A DNA stretch of 62,974 nucleotides, counting the filler, from Octopus bimaculoides (Eukaryota), in the NCBI RefSeq assembly GCF_001194135.2. It is 5 parts of 5 records of this genome, joined end to end, with 100 filler letters (N's around TTAATTAATTAA, not from the genome) between each part and the next. Parts side by side here need not be neighbours in the genome. Positions count along the whole stretch, not along the records: positions 1 to 30,723 come from NC_068985.1; 4 more parts are not named here. One strand, written 5' to 3'. This document shows positions 12,131-24,369 of this stretch, piece by piece. Positions within the stretch are counted from its first letter, which is position 1. Each line of letters starts with the position of its first letter. The notes under the pieces are model-generated. The model made no database searches, was not told the DNA's origin, and saw only the letters and a program-made list of their open reading frames with translations. The translations under genes were made by a program, and so were the position numbers.

Positions 12131-12358
12131 GCTAACTAATCGATCGGTTGTTTGTTAAAGGCTTTTCGTTGCTACTCTTGATATCGTCAATGACATGTCT
12201 TCTGTCTTCATGACTTTCTAATGGGTTCGAATATTGAACTGTTAACAAGTTTGTATTTATACACATCACTCTATATATATTTAGCACTCTGTCTCCCTCC
12301 ATATCTATATCACTCACGCTGTGTGTGCGCGCGTGTGCGCGCGTGTGCGCGCGTGTGC

Positions 12359-12401
<43 letters not shown>

Positions 12402-12658
12402 AGTGTATGTATGAGAGTGTGTAAGGAATTTCATTAGGACAACAGAGTCGAAAGACCATCACAAAGCATCAGTAGCGAGCTAAGAAAAATCTTTACGTCT
12501 ATGCACCAAATGGAAAAATAAAAAGTTTATCGATACATTATAAATTTTCCCAAATAATGAGAAATCCATTCGAGAAGACACACTCTGACATAGAATAAGA
12601 AAACTGAAATAAAGGCATTCTATAGTGAAAATTTCCCAGGAAACGACGGGATACTCAG

Positions 12659-12723
<65 letters not shown>

Positions 12724-13087
12724 CTATATATATATATATAGTCTTTATTAACGATCTATCTTGAAGCGAATTCAGTTATAATTGGGTATTTTTTTTATGG
12801 AAAAAAAGGAAAAAAAATCTGCCCACCGGAAACGAATTATGCATTTTCTGTAACCTGGACAGACGTGCTACCAATTACGCGCGCGCGCTGTCTTGCGAAA
12901 CATCATTGAAAAGTGATACAGCTGTAAAAGTTATTGTTACTGTACTGTGACTGAGCTGTCTATAACTCTCAATATTCATGATCCATCTTCTGAGTATCCA
13001 CATACTCAGGCTACATTTTAACCAGCTTGAACTTCAACCAAGCTGCTGTCATTTATCCATGTCGATCGTTTGTGTGTGCGTGCGTGC

Positions 13088-13130
<43 letters not shown>

Positions 13131-13334
13131 GGTGTGTGTGTCGACCTTGCTCTTTCATTGTAAACANNNNNNNNNNGAGAGGGTGTGTGTGTCGACCTTG
13201 CTCTTTCATTGTAAACACCGTTTCTCGTTATTTCTTTGCCGCCAATGCTTCCTTCCTTCCTTCCACCTCTCCCCTACTTTTAATCCACTTCAAAATATCT
13301 CTCTTTCTCATCCTAATAAACTCGGCGCATGTTC

Positions 13335-13590
13335 TATTGGTTAGGTTGTTATACTCATGATCGTAAGATGCTGGTTTCACTTTCTTGACCGGGCGGCGCA
13401 TAGTGTTCTTCGGTAAAGCACTTCACTGCACGTTGTTCCAGTCCAGTCTGTTGCAAACGAGCTCCAGCAATAGCTAGGAAGTTAATCCTGCGACGGATCA
13501 GAGTCCCGTTCACGGAGAATGCTGTAATCTCTGTCACTTAAACGCATGGAAATCGGGTTAAGTCCCGGTCTTATGATTCTCAAAACTCTT
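13335..13590 (+). mobile_element. SINE family C, diverged
   Basis: Head ggttaggttgttatactcatgatcgtaag, body cacttca.tgcacgttg.tccagtcca, and a cctgcga.gga..gtcccgt core. Confidence 0.7.
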
Positions 13591-13959
13591 AAGAGACACA
13601 TACCCCTACCAACCTAACAATCTCCTACCGAATTCACTTTGTTAACGCTCGTCGAATGTTCTCCAGTCGCTGAAATGCTTGTTAAACCTTTCATCCTTCC
13701 TTCTCATTATAGCCAACAGATGTTATCCAAAACAACATCACTTGCAATTAAATGTTTTCTTGATCAAGCTACCGTATTTGTCTAATCTCACACACTTACC
13801 CAGCAAAACGTTAAGTGTTTCTGCAATAGCCGTTCGCTTGATTTGGTGTTTAATTTAGTGTATATCCTCTCTGCTATCCCAGAAGCTACAGAAAATAGGA
13901 AGCTTGATTTTTAATACTGTTATTATGGTTACTATAATTGTGGTGAAGATGATGGTAGT

Positions 13960-14500
13960 GGTCGTGGGGAATGTACTCAGTTAAATCGTTTCCAATACTT
14001 CACTGGTACTTATTTATGTAGCCTGAGCAGAGTCAAATTTCAGTGGGATTTGACCTTAGAGCATAAAGAGATTTAGCTAAAATCACAGTGCATTTACTCC
14101 GGCGCTCTACCCATTTTCCAGTCTCCAGCCTTCACTAATAATAATAATAGTGATGACAAAAAGAACAACAAGAAAAAGAGCAAGAAGAAGAACAACAACT
14201 GCTGTAGCAGCAGCAACAGCAGCAGCAACAACAACAACGACGACGACAACAGCAACAACAACAGCAACAACAACAACAATCCTTTCTACTATAGGCACAA
14301 GGCCTGAAAGTTAGTGCGTGGGGGGAGGATAAATCGATTACATCGATCCCAGCACTCAACTGGTGCTTATTTTATCGACCCTGAAATGATGAAAGGCAAA
14401 ATCAACCTTGGCGAACTTTGAACTCAGAACGTAAAGACGGACGAAATACCGTTAAGCATTTTGCCTGGAACAGTAACGACTTTGCCAGCTCACCGCCTTA
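13960..14500 (-). mobile_element. Two SINE family A copies (about 13960-14110 and 14285-14500) flanking an (AAC/AGC)n tract
   Basis: actggtacttattt(t)atcgacc..gatgaaaggcaaa..ttgaactcagaacgtaaagacggacgaaatacc. Confidence 0.8.
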
Positions 14501-14860
14501 NNNNNNNNNNNNNNNNNNNNNNNNNNNNNNNNNNNNNNNNNNNNNNNNNNNNNNNNNNNNNNNNNNNNNNNNNNNNNNNNNNNNNNNNNNNNNNNNNNNN
14601 NNNNNNNNNNNNNNNNNNNNNNNNNNNNNNNNNNNNNNNNNNNNNNNNNNNNNNNNNNNNNNNNNNNNNNNNNNNNNNNNNNNNNNNNNNNNNNNNNNNN
14701 NNNNNNNNNNNNNNNNNNNNNNNNNNNNNNNNNNNNNNNNNNNNNNNNNNNNNNNNNNNNNNNNNNNNNNNNNNNNNNNNNNNNNNNNNNNNNNNNNNNN
14801 NNNNNNNNNNNNNNNNNNNNNNNNNNNNNNNNNNNNNNNNNNNNNNNNNNNNNNNNNNNN

Positions 14861-15935
14861 NTCCTTTATTCCGATTCACAGATCTACACTGCGAGTGGTG
14901 CCATCCACTCTTGCCATTTTCGCAACTTTCACTCACCGCTTCATTAATTCACTCGAGGACAGCACCTCCCTCTCCACCCTCACTTTCCTTTCAAGTGAAA
15001 CTTGAAAAAGTCGATGAGGGCTTTACCAAAGAAGAATGTTTCTGTCCTCATTTCTTTCAGCCTCGTCCACCAGATAACCTCTTTCGCCACAGCCACCAGA
15101 CAAAGGAAAACTGCCTTGCCAGCCCAATTAAAGGAGGGCGGCGGAGCAATCATCATTATGAACTCAGCTGACAGACGGATCTGTCCTACATGCGACAGCA
15201 GCTGTTCGACATGACTTAACAAGTCAGCAATACCCGGACACTGAACGAGTGCATACAGAACGGTTTTGTCGCTCTGCGAGTGCCTCAGACAAGCCCGTCT
15301 GTCAGCACATCCATGCGTGTAGAGTTTATCTCGAATCGGTAGCGCACCCCGGTAGCATTGTCCATAACAGTCCTCGACCGGAAAGTCCTCCGGAATAAAC
15401 TTGCCAGTTTGTCTTCGTCGACACACAGGGTTTCCCTGATGATGTCGTCGCACTTCTCCGCTACGAATCCTCTGTAAATATCTAAAGTGGAACATCTACC
15501 GATCCTATTGCTCGACTTGTAGAGGACAATGAGCGCCTGACGACATTCTAAGTGCCAGGCACCCAGTCTCGGCATATCCTTTACCCAGGACTGCAGCTCC
15601 GCTAAGGAGACGAGCAGCGGAAAGGCGCGTTTCACAAACGGAGCCTACGCACATTCACCTTCTAGAAATCGCTGCAGGTAGTGCAACATCAGTGCATGTC
15701 TGTGCATTAAAAGCCATGGCACGCCTAAACCGCTATGCAAAGAAAGTTGGCAGCAGACCCGACCGCCTGACCATCGGAACGCGTCGCTTTCACAAGAAAA
15801 TAAACGGTATACGCTCCAATTTAAGCAAGCGGTAACTGGGGCGAGCCACGACGGTCAGACGATAAATAATGACAGAAGCGATGTAGGCATTCGCCACCTC
15901 TGTCCGACCTTTCAGGGACAATTTCCTTTCTGCCT
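14861..15935 (-). pseudogene. Tx1/L1-clade LINE ORF2 3' fragment (post-RT region and zf-RVT)
   Basis: RKLSLKGRTEVANAYIASVIIYRLTV, GLGVPWL, QCYRGALPIRDKLYTHG, RACLRHSQSDKTVLYALVQCP (decayed CCHC) and KVRVEREVLSS, joined over frameshifts. Confidence 0.85.
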
Positions 15936-15944
15936 ATTATGTAT

Positions 15945-16110
15945 ATACGACAAGCTTCTTTCAGTTTCCGTCTACTAAATCCACACACAAGGCTTTAGCT
16001 GGCCCGTAGCCACAGTTGAAGACCCTTGCCCAAGGTGCCATGCAGTGTAACTGAACCCAGGTTCATGTAACTTGGAAGCAAACTTCTTACCACAGAGCAC
16101 GTCCGCATTC
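15945..16110 (-). mobile_element. SINE family B 5' portion
   Basis: Reverse complement of the family B head (cttctttcagtttccgtctac.aaatccac.cacaaggctt..cttgcccaaggtgcca.gcagt). Confidence 0.8.
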
Positions 16111-16175
16111 ATAAATATTTTATGCACTATCAAATATTTCTAAAGCAAAAGGTTTTGACTTCAGAACTATTATAC

Positions 16176-16448
16176 CAGTGGTTCCCAAAACAAGCGATAC
16201 CGCCCCGCTGGGGGCGATGGAAGGAAAAATGGGGCAATAATGGGGTGACCAAAACCAAAATGGATGTAAAAAAAACGAAGAAAATAAAGGGGTGATTAAG
16301 TTAAGTTTTGTGAAATACTGTTGTTTTGAATTTGCTGCAAGAAATGGTCTATGTCTGTGAAGATGAATGGCGGGGTGGGGTGGGGGGCACTAGAAATGTG
16401 GCCGTAGAACCAAGGGGGCGGCAGCCTGAAAAAGTTTGGGAACCACGA
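16176..16448. mobile_element. hAT-Charlie-type MITE
   Basis: TIRs CAGTGGTTCCCAAA and TTTGGGAACCAC(GA). Flanks TATTATAC (16168-16175) and AATTATAC (16449-16456) form an 8-bp TSD with one mismatch. Confidence 0.9.
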
Positions 16449-16559
16449 AATTATACCAATGTGAATAGAGACTGATAGACTTGTAGCCGCTACTCTTATG
16501 CTCTCTCTTGACCCGCTAGATATATGAACAAAATTCCTTGAAATAACACACTGGTCATT

Positions 16560-16790
16560 TCTTCTTGAATCCTGGGGTTCATAGGTTCAGTTACCCGGTT
16601 TCCATAGCGGTTTCCATTAACAAGATGCCAGTCCGTCGCAGGATTACTGATTTACAACTGAGTGGATAGGAGCAACGTAAAATGAAGTGTTTTGCTCATG
16701 AATACAACGTACCGCCCAGTCCGGTAATCGAAACTACGATCTTGCGATCTTGAGTGCAACACAATGACCACCGGACGACGCGCCTGGAAT
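16560..16790 (-). mobile_element. SINE family C
   Basis: Shares ctgagtgga..ggagcaacgt.aaatgaagtgttttgctca.gaa.acaacg with 18482-18727. Confidence 0.8.
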
Positions 16791-17076
16791 CGTTTGGATC
16801 GCAGGAGCGCCTATTTGCCTCTCACTCAACCTAGACACAAAAGGAGCCTCTGCTTTGTTGAATTACCCTAATACAAATAACAACTAAATCTCCCTTAAAT
16901 ATCTTACTTATCACCCGTAAAAAAAAACAAAAAAAAAAAACTCGCATGAGAATGTTGTCTTCGATATTCGAAATCGTGATCGTGACATCTGAAATACTTT
17001 TGATTATAGATCTACTAGGCCAAAGTTGACCGGGAACTAAATCACAGTACCAACAACATTTATCAACTATCCACCC

Positions 17077-17109
<33 letters not shown>

Positions 17110-18133
17110 CCACCATAACTGTCCGTTATTCTCCTTTACTTCTGTTGTTACCCTTGAAACTGCTTAGTCTTCCAACAACCCGCCACAGAAACTATGCAAT
17201 AAACTCTTACTCCCACTCAGATCTCAGCATTTGNNNNNNNNNNNNNNNNNNNNNNNNNNNNNNNNNNNNNNNNNNNNNNNNNNNNNNNNNNNNNNNNNNN
17301 NNNNNNNNNNNNNNNNNNNNNNNNNNNNNNNNNNNNNNNNNNNNNNNNNNNNNNNNNNNNNNNNNNNNNNNNNNNNNNNNNNNNNNNNNNNNNNNNNNNN
17401 NNNNNNNNNNNNNNNNNNNNNNNNNNNNNNNNNNNNNNNNNNNNNNNNNNNNNNNNNNNNNNNNNNNNNNNNNNNNNNNNNNNNNNNNNNNNNNNNNNNN
17501 NNNNNNNNNNNNNNNNNNNNNNNNNNNNNNNNNNNNNNNNNNNNNNNNNNNNNNNNNNNNNNNNNNNNNNNNNNNNNNNNNNNNNNNNNNNNNNNNNNNN
17601 NNNNNNNNNNNNNNNNNNNNNNNNNNNNNNNNNNNNNNNNNNNNNNNNNNNNNNNNNNNNNNNNNNNNNNNNNNNNNNNNNNNNNNNNNNNNNNNNNNNN
17701 NNNNNNNNNNNNNNNNNNNNNNNNNNNNNNNNNNNNNNNNNNNNNNNNNNNNNNNNNNNNNNNNNNNNNNNNNNNNNNNNNNNNNNNNNNNNNNNNNNNN
17801 NNNNNNNNNNNNNNNNNNNNNNNNNNNNNNNNNNNNNNNNNNNNNNNNNNNNNNNNNNNNNNNNNNNNNNNNNNNNNNNNNNNNNNNNNNNNNNNNNNNN
17901 NNNNNNNNNNNNNNNNNNNNNNNNNNNNNNNNNNNNNNNNNNNNNNNNNNNNNNNNNNNNNNNNNNNNNNNNNNNNNNNNNNNNNNNNNNNNNNNNNNNN
18001 NNNNNNNNNNNNNNNNNNNNNNNNNNNNNNNNNNNNNNNNNNNNNNNNNNNNNNNNNNNNNNNNNNNNNNNNNNNNNNNNNNNNNNNNNNNNNNNNNNNN
18101 NNNNNNNNNNNNNNNNNNNNNNNNNNNNNNNNN

Positions 18134-18169
<36 letters not shown>

Positions 18170-18323
18170 GAAAATCGAGATCGAGCAAGCTTTTGCCCTT
18201 TTGCTCGACATGTGGTTTCCGTCTATATATACACACATTCATACATGCATACATATGTTAAATAAAACGAGACAACAAAGCCAAGGCAGTGTGAAATTTC
18301 TAGGACATTTATAAAGAGAAAGG

Positions 18324-18374
18324 TAGTTTACAGCTGTTTCAGGGGTATAAAAGATATCCCATCATCAGAGTCAG
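18324..18374 (-). ncRNA. Minimal type I hammerhead motif (core intact, helix I decayed)
   Basis: Minus strand reads gact CTGATGA tgggatatcttttatacccct GAAA CAGCTG TA aacta, with palindromic helix III ACAGCTGT. Confidence 0.65.
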
Positions 18375-18481
18375 TATGTGAGAGTTAAATTGAAGGAAAT
18401 AGTAAAGTTCAATATAAGAAGTTATTCTGGAAAGGTAAAGATATAGGAGGTATAAAGGGGAATAAATAAATAATAAATACA

Positions 18482-18727
18482 TGCACCCTTTTAAAGCCTA
18501 GCCAGGCTCATGGGCCCGGTTTCCCGGTTTCAATGGTGTATGTGTTCCCCAGCTGGACGGGACGCCAGTCCATCGCAGCGTTACTCATTTTTGCCAGCTG
18601 AGTGGACTGGAGCAACGTGAAATGAAGTGTTTTGCTCAAGAACACAACGCGTCGCCCGGTCCAGGAATCGAAACCACAATTTTACGATCATGATGCTGAT
18701 ACCCTAACCACTAAGCCACGCGCCTCC
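18482..18727 (-). mobile_element. SINE family C, near full length
   Basis: Head GGAGGCGCGTGGCTTAGTGGTTAGG..GGTTTCGATTCC with A/B boxes. Core ctgcgatggactggcgtcccgtccag resembles Meta/V-type SINE central domains. Confidence 0.9.
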
Positions 18728-18938
18728 AATATAAAGGGGAATATGAGAATGAAAATAAAAATACGATGGATTTTACAGTTGCAGTTCCATTATCCAAGGA
18801 TTGTGCTGTGTAGAATGGGTAAAGAGATTCCTTGTCCATGGCATGTAAATTCCGATAGGAGTTCATATTTTGTTATTACAAATGAATAATATTTCCTTAT
18901 ACTGAACTTACTATTTCCTTCTAGTTAACGCTCTCATA

Positions 18939-18990
18939 TCGTCTCTGTTAATGGGATATCATTTATATCCCTGAAACAGCTGTAAGACTA
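18939..18990 (+). ncRNA. Minimal type I hammerhead motif (core mutated, helices intact)
   Basis: gtct CTGTTAA t GGGATAT cattt ATATCCC t GAAA CAGCTG TA agac: helix I gtct/agac and a 7-bp helix II. CTGATGA carries two substitutions. Confidence 0.6.
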
Positions 18991-19581
18991 CCTTTCTTTT
19001 TATAAATGTCCTAGAAATTTCACACTGCCCTGGCTTTGTTGTCTCATTTTATTTAACAAATACACGTTCGCACACGCCCCGTGTTAGACTCCTCATTCAT
19101 ACTATTATCGAACCGGGAGTCTAACAGCAGTCCTTCCGTAGCACTTACATAGTCTTACTTGTCATTTGGGTCTTCTGGAAACCCAAACCTCTCATATATA
19201 TATATGTCCTATTATAGGCGTCTCTGCATTTCTAATGAATATATANNNNNNNNNNNNNNNNNNNNNNNNNNNNNNNNNNNNNNNNNNNNNNNNNNNNNNN
19301 NNNNNNNNNNNNNNNNNNNNNNNNNNNNNNNNNNNNNNNNNNNNNNNNNNNNNNNNNNNNNNNNNNNNNNNNNNNNNNNNNNNNNNNNNNNNNNNNNNNN
19401 NNNNNNNNNNNNNNNNNNNNNNNNNNNNNNNNNNNNNNNNNNNNNNNNNNNNNNNNNNNNNNNNNNNNNNNNNNNNNNNNNNNNNNNNNNNNNNNNNNNN
19501 NNNNNNNNNNNNNNNNNNNNNNNNNNNNNNNNNNNNNNNNNNNNNNNNNNNNNNNNNNNNNNNNNNNNNNNNNNNNNNNNN

Positions 19582-20035
19582 GCAAAAGAGACCGATAGAA
19601 TAAGTACTAGGCTTACAAAGATTAAGTCCTGGGGTTGATTTACTCGACTAAAGGCGGTGCTCCAGCATGGCCGCAGTCAAATGACTGAAACAAGTAAAAG
19701 AGTAAAGAGTAAAAGAGTATACATGCGTACGCGCACACAAATGGTTTTATATTTTGGTACAAAACCTGCAATTTTGAGAGAGGGAGTAACTCGATTACAC
19801 TGATCCCAGCGTTCAACTGGTAATCATTTTATCGACGCCGAAAAGATGAAAGGTAAAGTTGACCGCGTCGGAATTTGAACTCAGAACATAAGGACTGACG
19901 AAAGACATTCAGACACTTATATTAATCAACATATAGGCACAAGCATGGCTGTATGCTTAAGAAGCTCGCTTTGCAACCACTTAGATTCGGGTTCAGATCC
20001 ACTGCGTCTCACCTTGGGTAACTGTCTTCCACTGT
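19582..20035. mobile_element. SINE fragments: B 3' half (+, 19582-19720), A (-, 19750-19900), B head (+, 19935-20035)
   Basis: Direct similarity to the other family A and B copies in the window. Confidence 0.75.
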
Positions 20036-20983
20036 TGTTGCTGCTTGTATTGCATCAATTTAATCTTTCCACAGACCTCCAAAACAACTAAATGTGCAAC
20101 ATTGTTCCGTTGTTAGTAATTATTATCATTGCATATCTATTAAATTATGTCTACTTCTAATTTCAAATCGCGCCAAAATGTTTTATTGGCTTTTTATCTT
20201 TCGTAGTTATAAAAAGTACCAGTGAAACACTGATCTCTATACTATCGACTTCTCAGACGACGAGCTGACAGAATCGTTAGCACGCCAGGCAAAATGCTTA
20301 GCCTTGTGCCAATATTTGAAACCAATATTATCGACTACTCACATCTATTTTCTTGTACATCGGTTAGAAAGGATTACTAATTCTATTACATCCCATCCCT
20401 TTAATAGGTTGGCCATTCCCAAATTTCCAAGGAGGACATTGTATAGGCGATTCTAGGTTACCATAAGACCCCCGTGTGTGTGTGTATGCATGCAAATATA
20501 TGTATGTTNNNNNNNNNNNNNNNNNNNNNNNNNNNNNNNNNNNNNNNNNNNNNNNNNNNNNNNNNNNNNNNNNNNNNNNNNNNNNNNNNNNNNNNNNNNN
20601 NNNNNNNNNNNNNNNNNNNNNNNNNNNNNNNNNNNNNNNNNNNNNNNNNNNNNNNNNNNNNNNNNNNNNNNNNNNNNNNNNNNNNNNNNNNNNNNNNNNN
20701 NNNNNNNNNNNNNNNNNNNNNNNNNNNNNNNNNNNNNNNNNNNNNNNNNNNNNNNNNNNNNNNNNNNNNNNNNNNNNNNNNNNNNNNNNNNNNNNNNNNN
20801 NNNNNNNNNNNNNNNNNNNNNNNNNNNNNNNNNNNNNNNNNNNNNNNNNNNNNAGATATTTGTAAGCCATTCAAGAACACACAAAAACCGTTAGTTTCAC
20901 TTCAACATTTAATTTTCATTTGTGTCAAAACATTTTCGTCGCTTCGGAATCGTGACCTGTTCACTGACAAAAGTTGGCGTGCA

Positions 20984-21027
<44 letters not shown>

Positions 21028-21129
21028 GCTTAATGTATTGTTGAACAGTCAACCGTTTTGGGGAGCATACAGATTAAAGTTGTAGTTGAGGCTAAGTTAC
21101 CTGGCATGTAGGACTGGAAGCCATTTGAA

Positions 21130-21350
21130 TATTCTTTTCTACTCTAGTCACGAGACCCGAAATGTTGGGGGAAGGGGCCAGTCGATTAGATAGACCCCCA
21201 GTACGCAACTGGTACTTAATTTATCGACACCGAAAGGATGAAAGGCAAAGTTAACCTCGGCGGAATTTGAACTCAGAACATAAAGACAGACGAAATACCG
21301 CTAAGCATTTCGCCCGGCGTGCTAACGTTTCTCCCTGCTCGCCGCCTTGG
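21130..21350 (-). mobile_element. SINE family A, near full length
   Basis: Minus-strand head GGCGGCGAGCAGG..GTTAGCACGCCGGGCGAAATGCTTAGCGG..GAGTTCAAATTCC (B box). Confidence 0.9.
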
Positions 21351-21459
21351 AAGTTATTTAAATATTGGAAAAGAGTTACTTGAATCATGATGATTCGCAC
21401 CGGGTATCAAAATGCCAGCATCATGACTGCTGCTCAATGCTCTTTGAACATTGTAAAGA

Positions 21460-22010
21460 CTGTAATATAGACATCAAGGAAACCAAGTTCCCCTAAACTG
21501 TGAGGGCTTTGGGTGTTTTCCAATGAGGGTGACATCATGCCAGCCTACACCTTTCAACAGGGTCTTAGGCTCAATTCCGATGGCTATGTGAAACTGATGG
21601 AGATGTGGTTAAGCCTCGGCTGGAGAGGATTGCTGCTAGAAGGTCATATGTCTGGTAGCAGGCTTTCGGCTCCTTGCAATACCCCCGGAAAGAGTGAGAA
21701 GTGGTTGTCGGAGAATTTCTACATCTTCATCAATCCCAATTGTTAATTCTCCCGATTATGGTCCCATGGTTAACTATGAGTGGGGTGCAGTTGAGAAATA
21801 CTCCAATTGCTCTGCCTGCAACACTAAAGTCGAGCTGGTAGCTAAGATCAAGGTGGCGTTCGAAGATCTTCCCAGGGATATAGTGAGGAACGCATACGCC
21901 AGGTTCTGGAACCGTATTGAGGCCATCAAGGAAGCTGAGGGTGGCTACTTTGAATAAACCGCTATACCCCAGCCATAATCAATTCGAGATTTTTAGATTT
22001 TTGAAGACAT
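21460..22010 (+). mobile_element. maT-like (DD37D) Tc1/mariner transposase 3' remnant
   Basis: SNEGDIMPAYTFQQGLRLNSDGYVKL, KWLSENFY, NSPDYGPM..WGAVEK and IEAIKEAEGGYFE*. Confidence 0.85.
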
Positions 22011-22066
22011 TTTTATTTTGGGATGGGATATTGTTTTCTTTTCCTTTAATGCAGACTATCAAAAGC

Positions 22067-22117
<51 letters not shown>

Positions 22118-22619
22118 CGCGCGTAGTTGAGTGTAATGCAAATAGATAAGTATTCCTGTCCAGGGCATATACATGCTATCTATGTCGGCTGACTAATATG
22201 ATGAAGATGTATGAACTTTAGCTGGTGTGCCAGGTGGTGAATATATCAATCTCATTTGCAAAAGCGTCTAACACCCAACATAACAAAACCATTGACAAAG
22301 AAAACAAATAACAACAACAACAATAACAACAACAGAAATCTCTCTCCGCATCCTTATTACCTGCAGGCTACAACTGACCGTCTACTTATTCTCTCTGCCT
22401 TTTTAATCCTAAATACACATTCTGTCAGAAAACTGTCCTCATTGACCTGGTTGTGGTCTAATATATTACCTCCTACTTGGATTCCTACTAACTCAATGAA
22501 AGATTCTGCCCGATAAGTTGATGCGAGCATTTAAAGCAGTGAACGTTAAAGAGCTAATTAAAAATAATTATACAGTGAAGGAAAGAAAATATTAGTTCAA
22601 TGACTAATTAATATTATTA

Positions 22620-24369
22620 AATATTAAGGCGATGAGCTGTCAGTCAATGTAAGCGATTATCCCCCCAATCCCACAAAATTTCAGGCCTTGTGCCTATAGT
22701 AGAAAAGAATATTGATTTCAAATGTTAGCACAAAGCCAGCAATTTAGGAGGAGGGGTTAAGTCGACACAACCACCCTAGTACTCCACTGGTACTTATTTT
22801 ATCGACCCCGAAAGATGAAAGGTGAAGTTGATCTCGGTGGAATTTGAACTCAGAAGAAATGCTGCTCAGCATTTTGCCCGGCGAGAAAATACTGGTTTCA
22901 AATTTTGGCACAAGGCCACAGCAGGTTTGTAGGAGGGGGCTAGTCGATTACATCGACTCACAATGCTCAACTGGTACTTTCTTTTTATCGACCCCGAAAT
23001 AGTGAAAAAGAATATTATTATTAATAAATATTGGTTTCAAATTTTGGCACCGGGCCAGCAATTTCGAGNNNNNNNNNNNNNNNNNNNNNNNNNNNNNNNN
23101 NNNNNNNNNNNNNNNNNNNNNNNNNNNNNNNNNNNNNNNNNNNNNNNNNNNNNNNNNNNNNNNNNNNNNNNNNNNNNNNNNNNNNNNNNNNNNNNNNNNN
23201 NNNNNNNNNNNNNNTACTCTGGTAAAGGAAAAGGCGGTGAGCTGATAAAATCGTTAGCACACCGGACAAAAAATGCTTAGCATCATTGCTCCCGAGTTTA
23301 CGTTTTGAGTTCAAATACCACTGAGGTCGACTTTGCCTTTCAACCTTTCGTGGTCGAGAAAATAAGTACCAGTTGAGCAGTGGAGTCGATGTAATCAGCT
23401 AACCGCCACCCACAAAATTGATGACCTTGCGCCAAAATGTGAAACCAATATTACTTATAAATATTTTAATTCTTCTGGTAAATAAAAGACGGCGAGCTAG
23501 TAAAATCGTTAGCACGTTGAATAAAATGCTAAGCGGCATTTCTTTCAGCTTTACAATTTCAGTTCAAATTCCGCCGAATTTTTTCATCATTTTGGGGTAC
23601 CAGTTGAGCACTTAGGTCGGTGTAATCGACTAGCCCGCTTTCCTAAAATTTCAGGCCTTGTGCCTATAATAGAAAACATTATTCCGGTTCAAGGTGATAA
23701 GTATTACCCAACTATGGATCGAAACCATATATGTATGAGAAGACATTTCTCAATGTGTTTCGTCCTTTTAGACCCCACTTCATATAGCGAAGAAATGAAG
23801 GGGAAATCATTTGGTAAATGCAAATATCATACGCTGATTGTTATAGAAGTCAATAGGTCTCTGAAGAGGTCTAACAAGGTCGAATCATGTTTAGAGTTGT
23901 CTCCTGTACTTGCTGGAGTAATTAAAATAACATTATCTTTTCCTCAGTGCATAATTAGCTTTTTAATATTTACTGTGTTAAATATGTTAAAACTAATAAA
24001 CCACTGTTTAAGCTCCATGCAGATGGTAATTCTGAAAAATTCATCACACACACACACACACACACATATATGTATGTGTGTATGTGGCGCGTGTGTGTGT
24101 GTCTGTTGGTACAAAACCTGAAATTTGGGGGCAGGGGGCAGCCGGTACCATCGATCTCATACGCAATTCATACTTTATTTTATCGATCCTGAGATGAAAA
24201 GCAAAGTCGACCTCGACGGCATTTAAACCCAGAACGTAATGACGGACGAAATGCTGCTAAACATTTTACTCGGCGTGCTAATGTTTCTGCCTATTCGTCG
24301 CCTTTTGTACTTTAATATCAGTTTCAAATTTTTGCATATGGCCAGAAATTTCGAGGAGGAAATAAATCT
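22620..24369. mobile_element. Cluster of roughly eight SINE family A copies or fragments in both orientations
   Basis: Copies at about 22620-22710(+), 22715-22885(-), 22890-23000(-), 23030-23070(-), 23230-23450(+), 23485-23680(+), 24105-24305(-) and 24320-24369(-). The last continues at 25032-25155. Confidence 0.8.

Larger units (their letters stand above)
18256..19058. repeat. Pair of about 170-bp inverted repeats (18256-18427 and 18884-19058), each carrying a hammerhead motif; Penelope pseudo-LTR-like
   Basis: gacaacaaagcca.ggcagtgtgaaatttctaggacatttataaa.agaaaggtagt.ttacagctgtttcaggg on the left is the reverse complement of the right arm. Confidence 0.85.

Noticed and set aside
13118-13220. 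Tandem duplication of about 45 bp
   Set aside because: Same 10-N contig-overlap artefact.
14094-14359. Poly-Leu, poly-Val and poly-Cys ORFs; similar poly-Asn/Ile/His-Thr ORFs elsewhere
   Set aside because: They are translations of simple repeats with no splice or domain support.
17145-18314. Long ORFs in the supplied track that span N runs (also near 31074, 41060, 45122, 50028 and 54145)
   Set aside because: They are open only because N translates to X; the flanks are microsatellite translations.
20854-20960. Possible further hammerhead on the minus strand (cagtga..gaag)
   Set aside because: Core and helices are too degenerate to support the call.
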